A stretch of 63,970 nucleotides of DNA, counting the filler, from Phoronis australis (lineage: Eukaryota > Animalia > Phoronida): the NCBI GenBank assembly GCA_002633005.1. It is 8 parts of 8 records of this genome, joined end to end, with 100 filler letters (N's around TTAATTAATTAA, not from the genome) between each part and the next. Parts side by side here need not be neighbours in the genome. Positions count along the whole stretch, not along the records: positions 62,444 to 63,970 come from NMRA01001977.1; 7 more parts are not named here. One strand, given 5' to 3'. The notes below the pieces were generated by a model. It worked only from the letters and a program-made list of their open reading frames with translations. It was not told the origin of the DNA and ran no database searches. Position 1 is the first letter of the stretch; each line of letters opens with the position of its first letter. Below are positions 63,015-63,970 of this stretch, piece by piece. The position numbers and the translations under genes are program-made.

Positions 63015-63052
63015 TCTGTGTTGTTACAAGAAACTGTCGTTATTTACTTCAG

Positions 63053-63187
63053 GATGACGTTTTCACGCACTTGTACACACTGATTGTTCGCTCTGACAAC
63101 ACGTATGAGGTGAGGATCGACAATGAGAAGGTTGAGAGTGGCGATCTGGAGGCTGACTGGGACTTTTTACCTGCCAAGAAAATCAAG
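63053..63187 (+). CDS. CALR: Calreticulin internal exon (end of N domain)
   Basis: DDVFTHLYTLIVRSDNTYEVRIDNEKVESGDLEADWDFLPAKKIK. Acceptor tttacttcag, donor gtgagt, phase 0/0, 135 bp. Confidence 0.96.
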
Positions 63188-63770
63188 GTGAGTGTTGGCA
63201 CGTGGAAAGTGTGTGGAGTTTTGGCAGTGTGCTGTTGGGCCTTCTCGAGAAACGAGCTCCTCGAGACTATTGGATAATGGTCGTAACCATGTTGCGCTAG
63301 TCTGTTTACATAATTAAGCCGTTGATTACAAGTGCAGGTAGTTTTGCAGAGGTGTTTTCAAAATTGGCCAAGGTGTATTAATATTTTAAGAAGTCTGTTA
63401 TTTCGTATTTTCTCTGATGATGACCAGAAATGACTTCAGAATTGATGGTTATGCCCTCAAAAGTACTGTCCATTTTTCATCAACTGGTCAGCAACTTTGT
63501 AAGATTAATTCAAATTTTCCTTTTCTGTGCGACACAGAACTTTCATTTAATAAAGTACTTGTCAAAAATAATGTTTGAAAGTACCTCGTGTTGATCCAGT
63601 TATTAAAGCGGTGTTGCTGCGTTCACGTCGCGAAACGAAATAATGGGGTGTCGCTCGAGTGACAGTTCGTGCCAGTAATGCAAGAATTGTTACATCACTG
63701 TAACAATAAATCAACTAACCATCTGTTTATCAATGCTTTTGATTTGATGTTTGAGTCCTTTGTTTTCCAG

Positions 63771-63959
63771 GATCCTGAGGCCTCAAAACCAGAGGACTGG
63801 GATGAGCGCGAGAAGATTGATGACCCTGAGGACAAAAAGCCCGAGGACTGGGACAAGGCTGAACACATCCCTGACCCTGACGCGAAGAAGCCAGAGGATT
63901 GGGATGATGACATGGATGGGGAGTGGGAACCACCTATGATTGACAACCCTGAGTACAAG
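63771..63959 (+). CDS. CALR: Calreticulin internal exon (P domain)
   Basis: [63 protein letters not shown]. Acceptor tgttttccag, donor gtgagt, 189 bp. Confidence 0.97.
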
Positions 63960-63970
63960 GTGAGTGTTTG

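Noticed and set aside
63695-63958. Ser-rich - strand ORF
   Set aside because: Antisense shadow of the calreticulin P-domain exon.

Overview
AT-rich, repeat-dominated eukaryotic (animal, probably marine invertebrate) draft-assembly window. It is split into 8 contigs by seven artificial 100-bp N-TTAATTAATTAA-N spacers. Recognisable host coding sequence is limited to one SRCR-domain exon (- strand, ~1.9-2.1 kb) and two calreticulin exons at the right end. The rest is a nest of transposons. (i) A decayed, intron-containing PIF/Harbinger transposase whose intron holds a full-length decayed Ty3/Gypsy element. That Gypsy carries a Kolobok-like mini-element in its leader and a different TA-targeting MITE in each LTR. 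(ii) A truncated second Gypsy. (iii) A CR1/L2-type LINE interrupted in its 3' UTR by a younger, near-complete Gypsy (33340-40659). (iv) hAT, THAP, Penelope, Helentron-associated (HINE-like) and MITE remnants. The most interesting object is the 33.3-40.7 kb Gypsy. An ATG and GT donor inside the LTR join in frame to an AG acceptor just after integrase, predicting a spliced 163-aa basic C2H2 zinc-finger accessory protein in the env position. The LTR also contains two tandem bulged stem-loops with compensatory base changes. Together these resemble a Tat/TAR- or Rev-like regulatory module in a retrotransposon; this is an untested hypothesis. All calls were made by eye, and boundaries marked ~ are approximate.
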